DNA from: Candidatus Anderseniibacteriota bacterium
Lineage (GTDB): Bacteria > Patescibacteriota > Andersenbacteria > UBA10190
Direction: 5' to 3'
Assembly (NCBI GenBank): GCA_040881505.1
Contig: JBBEDC010000019.1
Coordinates: 1-34,327, forward strand
Length of the DNA stretch: 34,327 bases
Shown here: positions 28,711-34,327 of the stretch, one piece after another
Position numbering within the stretch: position 1 is the first letter of the stretch
Layout: every line of letters starts with the position of its first letter
Notes under the pieces: generated by a model
The model's database searches: none
The model's input: only the letters and a program-made list of their open reading frames with translations
Told to the model about the DNA's origin: nothing
Made by a program: the position numbers and the translations under genes

Positions 28711-29694
28711 ATGAGTAAAACAGCTGTTGTATGTGGCGGAGGCGGGTTTATTGGCTCCCATTTAGTAAAGCGGCTTAAGGGTGAAGGATACTGGGTTCGA
28801 GCTGTTGATATTAAAGAGCAAGCTTTTTCTCCTACGGTAGCCGATGAATATATTCTTGGTGACTTGCGAGATGCCGAGATTGCCAAGCGAGCAGTCACTG
28901 GGGTTGAAGAGGTGTATCAACTTGCTGCCGATATGGGTGGTATGGGCTTTATTTCTGGTGAGAACGATTCTGAAATTATGCATAACTCAACCATGATAAA
29001 CCTGAATATTGCCGATGCTGCTCGTGAAACTGGTACAAAAAAACTGTTTTATTCTTCCTCGGCTTGCATATATCCGCAGCGTAACCAACAAGATCCAGAT
29101 AACCCCATGTGCCGTGAGGACTCCGCTTACCCTGCTGAACCCGATAGTGAGTATGGTTGGGAAAAGCTATTTGGCGAGCGATTGTTTAAAACGTATGGAC
29201 GCCATCATAACCTGGATGTCAAAATTGCTCGGTTTCACAATGTATTTGGCCCAGAAGGGACATGGCAGGGTGGCAGGGAAAAAGCGCCTGCTGCACTATG
29301 TCGTAAAGTTGCCCAGGCCCCAGAAGGATCTACGATAGAGGTTTGGGGGAAAGGAGATCAAACGCGTTCTTTTTTATACATCGATGAATGTTTAGAGGGT
29401 GTACGTCACCTTATGGAGTCAGGCTTCGGAGGGCCAGTTAATATTGGCTCAGAGGAGATGATTAGTATTAACGATTTAGCCCGTATGGTGATAGGTATTT
29501 CGGGGAAAAATCTAAACCTGGTGAATGTTGAAGGACCTGAGGGTGTCCGCGGGCGGAATTCTGACAATACGCTGATTCGAGCAAAGCTTAATTGGGCCCC
29601 AAGCCAACCTCTTCGTTTGGGGATGGAGCGTACATATGAGTGGGTTGCTGCGCAAGTAAAAGCCCAAATTAAACAAACAGCTGCAGCGGTATGA
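28711..29694 (+). CDS. GDP-mannose 3',5'-epimerase-like SDR
   Basis: GGGGFIGSH, LAADMGGMGFI, SSSACIYP (catalytic Cys), YGWEKL, GGREKAPAALCRK, GVRGRNSDN: signature of the GME subfamily. Confidence 0.9.
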   Translation: MSKTAVVCGGGGFIGSHLVKRLKGEGYWVRAVDIKEQAFSPTVADEYILGDLRDAEIAKRAVTGVEEVYQLAADMGGMGFISGENDSEIMHNSTMINLNIADAARETGTKKLFYSSSACIYPQRNQQDPDNPMCREDSAYPAEPDSEYGWEKLFGERLFKTYGRHHNLDVKIARFHNVFGPEGTWQGGREKAPAALCRKVAQAPEGSTIEVWGKGDQTRSFLYIDECLEGVRHLMESGFGGPVNIGSEEMISINDLARMVIGISGKNLNLVNVEGPEGVRGRNSDNTLIRAKLNWAPSQPLRLGMERTYEWVAAQVKAQIKQTAAAV

Positions 29695-31072
29695 CAACAG
29701 ATGTTCCGCAGAGCGTTTCAGTAGTAGGTCTGGGAAAGCTTGGTTTAGCGTTCGCTGCTTGTTTAGCGCATAGAGGTTTCCAGGTAACTGGTATAGATAT
29801 TTCTCCAGAACGCGTGGCGGCTATTAATGCCGGTACTGTTTCTGACGTTGAGCCAGGCCTTCAGGAGCTTTTGCGCGAAAGCAGCGATATGCTGACGGCC
29901 ACAACAAATCTCAGCGAGGCTGTTGGGGAAAATGAGGTTATATATCTTTTTGTTAACACGCCTGGAGAACCGTCGGGGAAGTTTACGACAAAGGATTTAC
30001 TTTCTGCTATAGAAAATATCGGGCCCGACCTTGCGGTTTGCAAGACTCAGCCTTTAGTCGTTCTGGTAAGTTCGGTAACGCCGGGAACGATTGAAGAGGA
30101 AATAATTCCGGCATTAGAGCGGGTGTCGGGCCGTAAGAATGGGGAAGGGTTTTACTTTTGCTACAATCCTGTTTTATTGCTCTGGGAACAATGCTTCGTG
30201 ACTACATGAATCCAGATATGGCCTTAATAGGAGCGGCTTCACCTGAAGTAGGGGAGCGTCTGGAGCACGTGCTTCACAAACTGTATGAACGGAAGGACGT
30301 AAAATTTGTACACACGAATTATATCAACGCTGAGCTTATTAAGCTGTGCCTAAGCACATTCGTGACGACAAAAATTACGTATGCCAATATGCTGGCGGCG
30401 GTATGTGACGGTTTGCCGGGTGCGGACAGTGATACGGTAGCTCACGCTTTGGGTTTGGATTCTCGTATTAGTCCCAAAGTGCTCAAGGGAGGAATGCCAT
30501 ACGGTGGTCCGTGTTTTCCACGAGATAATCGCGCCTTGCTCTACGTCTTACGACAAGCTGGAGTGTCAGAACAGCTTGTTGCAGCAACCGATAGATTTAA
30601 CGAGGATTTGTTAACGTCATTTACAGATACCCTTATCCATCTGGCTGGAGAAAATGGAATCATTGGGGTACTTGGTCTGTCATTTAAACCAGGTACGCAC
30701 GTTGTTGAAGAGTCAGCATCGTTGGAGCTTGCGAATATGCTGGCAAGCAGAGGCCAAACAGTAGTGGTATATGATCCGAAAGCGATAGAGGCAGCTAAGC
30801 CTCTTTTGCATCCAAGTATTCAATTTGCGTCATCTGATATCGAATGTGTTACGAAAAGCGCCGTTACGATATTAGCTACCCCGTGGTCGGAGTTTGACAA
30901 TTTGCCGCTACGACTAAAAGAGAGTGGAGTGGATAACGGAGTGATCTTTGACCCTTGGCGGACGTATGAACATCAGGACTTTGTATCGGGAGTGAAGTAT
31001 GTGCCTTGGGGACGCGGCAGCATGCAGCAGGTAGGAGAAATACAGGTATCACAAGGAGTGGTTTATGGATAG
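29691..31072 (+). pseudogene. UDP-glucose/GDP-mannose dehydrogenase-family gene split by a 1-nt frameshift near 30171-30175 (possibly a sequencing error)
   Basis: Frame 1 (29691..) gives GLGKLG...VNTP...YNP. Frame 2 continues FIALG...AELIK...GGPCFPRD...GLSFKPGT. Adding one base restores a 460 aa protein. Confidence 0.85.
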
Positions 31073-32003
31073 GGTTAATACTCAAACTCAGGTTGCAGTA
31101 CGGCAGCCAGCGTGGCTGAGCGCATGTGCTCGCGATGAGAGTATTCCAAATTATACAGCGCAACGTGGAGAAGACAGAATCTTACGCACGGTTTTTGACA
31201 TTATTGGAGAGGATAGTAAATGGTGCGTTGAGTTTGGAGCAGCTGATGGGAAAAGAGGAAGTAATACTTGGCAATTCATTGAGCATCACGGGTGGTCAGC
31301 GGTTCAGATTGAGCCTACCCATGACAGTACGCTGACTCTTCGACAGTACCGTGATAGTTTTGAAGCGCTGGAAAAACGGTATGCTTCCAATGAAAAGGTT
31401 TTCTGTTTAAACGAGGCAGTTGAGATTGCTGGAGACAAGAGCCTTGATTCTTTATTGGCTCGGACTCCTATTCCATCGCGGTTTGACTTGCTTTCAATTG
31501 ATATCGATAGTGAAGACTATCGAATTTGGGAGTCGTTAGAGAAGTATCAACCGCGTGTGGTTATCATTGAGCATAACAAGACAATTCCCATCCACATCGA
31601 CTTTGCTTCAGACCGAGGATCAAGTTTACTTGCTCTTACTAAGCTTGGAAAAAAGAAAGGATACGAGCTTGTTGCGGCAACTGAGACAAATGGGATTTTC
31701 GTCAGCAAAGAATATTTTGCAGCTTTTGGTATATCTAATAATGAGCCGGCAAGTATTTGGCCAAACTATGCTGACTATCAGAGCTTCCTGTGGCAGCTAT
31801 ATGACGGAACAATTGTTTTTGAGGGTTCGAACCGGTTGAAATGGGTTCGCGGAGCAGATGGAACAATTATAGGGCAAATCCAGGCCGGAAAAGTGATTCA
31901 AAGCCCTCCAAAGCGTTTCTTTAAAGGCGCCTATTCTTATATAAAGCCACTCGTTTCGGGTCGTATTAGGGCGCTTACATACTCGCTTATTGACCGCCTG
32001 TAG
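31065..32003 (+). CDS. FkbM-like methyltransferase
   Basis: AQRGED, VEFGAADG..GSNT, IEP, LSIDIDSEDY, PRVVIIEHN, KGYELV...NGIFV. Confidence 0.75.
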   Translation: MDRVNTQTQVAVRQPAWLSACARDESIPNYTAQRGEDRILRTVFDIIGEDSKWCVEFGAADGKRGSNTWQFIEHHGWSAVQIEPTHDSTLTLRQYRDSFEALEKRYASNEKVFCLNEAVEIAGDKSLDSLLARTPIPSRFDLLSIDIDSEDYRIWESLEKYQPRVVIIEHNKTIPIHIDFASDRGSSLLALTKLGKKKGYELVAATETNGIFVSKEYFAAFGISNNEPASIWPNYADYQSFLWQLYDGTIVFEGSNRLKWVRGADGTIIGQIQAGKVIQSPPKRFFKGAYSYIKPLVSGRIRALTYSLIDRL

Positions 32004-32006
32004 CGT

Positions 32007-32900
32007 ATGGCCAGAGCCGTTTTGGTGCAATCTCCGGCAGTGCTGTATGAGGTTATTCCCCACTTCTATCACGAGTTGAAGAAGCATAAGTATTTTGATG
32101 TTGTCTATCTAGTTACTGATCAACCCGCACCATATGGACTTGATGAGAAGGTTGTAGTGATTCAGTTGGAGAAAGACTTAGGACGCGCAAATAATTTTCT
32201 TCATGCCTTGCAGTATGTCAAGGAAGATATCTTTGTGATGATGTGCGACGACCACGTTGTCCGACAAGATTCACTTAACCTTGATCCGTATTATGAGATT
32301 ATGCAGGCGGAGCCTAACCTTGGTCGCCTTCAGCTATCACCACCCTCGAGTAACTATTACCGCTTTCTGCAGCGAACTCAAAATGCCTTCTTTATTCCGG
32401 ATGACACAAAACCTTGGTATTCGTACGATCGCAGATACCGTTGGTATATGAACTTCCAGCCATCGTTGTGGCGAAAGGAGTTTTTCCGATACTGCATTCA
32501 AGGTGGGGAAAATCGAAACAAGCTGGAAATACGCGCTGGCAAGCGAGCTCGACAGAATACCGAATATGTCTCTGGCTTTATTCCTCATCATGCAGTGAGG
32601 TATGACAATTTCTTTGCCAGCTGCAAAGTTCACCATGCCGATCCGAGATTTGATAAGCAAAAAAGCATGGCTCATTACCGTGAGGAGTTCCTGCGGTATG
32701 CTATGGAGAGGGGCATTTCGCTTGATGAAAATAAGCGTGTATTTGTTAAGCGGCGATCATTCAGTGCATCTGTACCGTATCAGTACTATCGAGACCACTA
32801 CGGCGATGACGAAGCATTGCAGAAGTATGCACATCAGCCAACATTCAAAAGCTCTGCATATGCTTTTGCCCGCAGTGCTAAGCGCCAGCTCTGGGGATAG
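32007..32900 (+). CDS. Hypothetical protein, probable divergent GT-A fold glycosyltransferase
   Basis: Hydrophobic strand followed by CDDH at the DxD-like position and QPSLWRK, which resemble GT2-like proteins; context supports it. Confidence 0.5.
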   Translation: MARAVLVQSPAVLYEVIPHFYHELKKHKYFDVVYLVTDQPAPYGLDEKVVVIQLEKDLGRANNFLHALQYVKEDIFVMMCDDHVVRQDSLNLDPYYEIMQAEPNLGRLQLSPPSSNYYRFLQRTQNAFFIPDDTKPWYSYDRRYRWYMNFQPSLWRKEFFRYCIQGGENRNKLEIRAGKRARQNTEYVSGFIPHHAVRYDNFFASCKVHHADPRFDKQKSMAHYREEFLRYAMERGISLDENKRVFVKRRSFSASVPYQYYRDHYGDDEALQKYAHQPTFKSSAYAFARSAKRQLWG

Positions 32901-32912
32901 AAAAGTTACAGG

Positions 32913-33917
32913 TTAGAAAATCGTGCTCTCGATAGCGTCACAGTAGGCATCAACCATAGCTTCGAGAGAAAAGCGAGCATACGCCGTGTCTCGTGCGGCT
33001 GACGAGTAGACATGTTGATTAGCCAGTATCTTTGCCATATTGTCTGCAAACTCAGTATCAGAAAAAGTGCGCGGTTCAGTAAAGGGATCTCCCGAACTTT
33101 GTACGAGCTCTCCCTCTTTTCCTGGTAGAATAAGTTCGGACATACTACCATCTGCCACCCCGCATATAGGAAGGCCGCACGCCATCGCTTCGATCACATT
33201 GTTGGGACAAGGGGGGTTGCGGTGGGTAAAGAGAAATGCGTCGCCAGAGCGTAGGTACTGCGGAAGTTTTGAATGAGGTATGGTTCCTATAAAGGTTACG
33301 CCTGGTTCTCCCGCTTTAATTTGAGGTATGTCAGCCACCTCTCCTTCGAAGTTGCCAATAATAAGGAGCTTACAGTTTGTTGTATACTCCTGTCGGTATT
33401 GGGCAAATGCCACAAGCAAAGGGATGATTTGATCTTTCCGTCGAAACCGTGAAGCTGTGATAAGGATTTGCTGGTTCGGGTTGTCGCGAAGATCTACCGT
33501 ACTACCTGTTGGACTAAAGATATCAGTATCGACCCCATTGTATATAATCTGCGATGGTAGCTGAGATGCGCCAAGATATCGATCACATGACTTAGCTGAA
33601 AAACGACTCTGGTATATCAGAGTGGTAGCAAAATACTTTCTGATATACCACAGTGAAGCATTATGAAATGAGTAGGACCGTCCAGCAATTGCGGGGTAAT
33701 AGACCCCATCAAGACGTTGTACGATTGGGCGCCTGCGCATTCTAGCCTCTAACAAAAGACGTATCGGGGCTCGTGGGGAAGCAAGTAGAATGTCATAGGA
33801 AACTGAAGGCGCAAAGATGACATTGTATCCTCTGCTTTGCATACTAGCTTGGAACTTGCGTGCAAATGAAGAGGTTCCTCCAGTGGCGCGTAGTTTAATC
33901 GGAAGAAGGATTGTCAT
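32913..33917 (-). CDS. GT4 family glycosyltransferase
   Basis: GGTSSF, QRLDG, IYNGVD, PCPNNVIEAMACGLP; start ATG 33917 overlaps the upstream stop. Confidence 0.88.
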   Translation of the reverse strand: MTILLPIKLRATGGTSSFARKFQASMQSRGYNVIFAPSVSYDILLASPRAPIRLLLEARMRRRPIVQRLDGVYYPAIAGRSYSFHNASLWYIRKYFATTLIYQSRFSAKSCDRYLGASQLPSQIIYNGVDTDIFSPTGSTVDLRDNPNQQILITASRFRRKDQIIPLLVAFAQYRQEYTTNCKLLIIGNFEGEVADIPQIKAGEPGVTFIGTIPHSKLPQYLRSGDAFLFTHRNPPCPNNVIEAMACGLPICGVADGSMSELILPGKEGELVQSSGDPFTEPRTFSDTEFADNMAKILANQHVYSSAARDTAYARFSLEAMVDAYCDAIESTIF

Positions 33918-34327
33918 ATCACCTTTCTTATAACGTGCCGGAGCCACAGGGGAGAACAGTAAGCAAGGGCAGGTTCAAGAAGGAAAAAATAATTTAGAGC
34001 CGAGGCTTTATACAAGCGAATGTATTTAGCAGCAAGGCGCATACTTGTTATAGTTTGCTCTCGCTTGTTCGTCTTTGAGATACGTGTATCTATTAATCTC
34101 GTTACAAGGAATTCCGGAATATTCGCAAATGTTGTCTGCGGCATAAGACGAAACCATAGGTCTCTGTCTTGGGCATAACGAAGGTTATTATCATAACCAC
34201 CGGCATTTATGAAAATAGACTTTCTGATCACAACGCAGCTGTGTCCGAAAGGATTTTTTCGAAACAGGATAGCCTTAATATCGGAGTCATTAACTGGCAA
34301 TTGAATTTGTCGCTTTCTGGTTCCAAT
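33914..34327 (-). CDS. GT2 family glycosyltransferase, C-terminal part (5' end outside window)
   Basis: Frame open to the window edge (IGTRKRQIQLPVND...); NPFGHSCVVIRK...GGY...AQDRDLWFR is typical GT2. Confidence 0.85.
   Translation of the reverse strand: MGTRKRQIQLPVNDSDIKAILFRKNPFGHSCVVIRKSIFINAGGYDNNLRYAQDRDLWFRLMPQTTFANIPEFLVTRLIDTRISKTNKREQTITSMRLAAKYIRLYKASALNYFFLLEPALAYCSPLWLRHVIRKVI

Noticed and set aside
1-34327. tRNA, rRNA, CRISPR arrays, IS elements, integrases and intrinsic terminators
   Set aside because: Intergenic gaps are about 100 nt or less, and I saw no spaced repeats, transposase motifs or convincing hairpin-plus-U tracts by eye.

Overview
A gene-dense 34 kb bacterial cell-surface glycan locus with about 33 CDSs in nine alternating-strand blocks. 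I saw no RNA genes, CRISPR arrays or mobile elements. It holds four GT-C-type membrane glycosyltransferases (one missed by the ORF track, <1..1742), about eight soluble glycosyltransferases, an MsbA/PglK-type ABC exporter, a UDP-glucuronate 4-epimerase, a GDP-mannose 3',5'-epimerase, a frameshifted NDP-sugar dehydrogenase, an AsnB-type amidotransferase, five SAM methyltransferases and a DCC1/HTTM module. The most interesting part is a tightly coupled operon at 12804..18614: cupin, APH/choline-kinase-like kinase, SdhL-class shikimate-dehydrogenase-like protein, KdsC-like phosphatase, GatZ/KbaZ-like epimerase, nucleotidyltransferase and glycosyltransferase. It looks like a self-contained pathway for an unusual activated sugar or polyol that I do not recognise as characterised. 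Compact overlaps, scarce Shine-Dalgarno sites, apparently leaderless genes and GT-C richness would fit a Patescibacteria/CPR genome (inference only). All family calls come from motifs read by eye; no searches were run.
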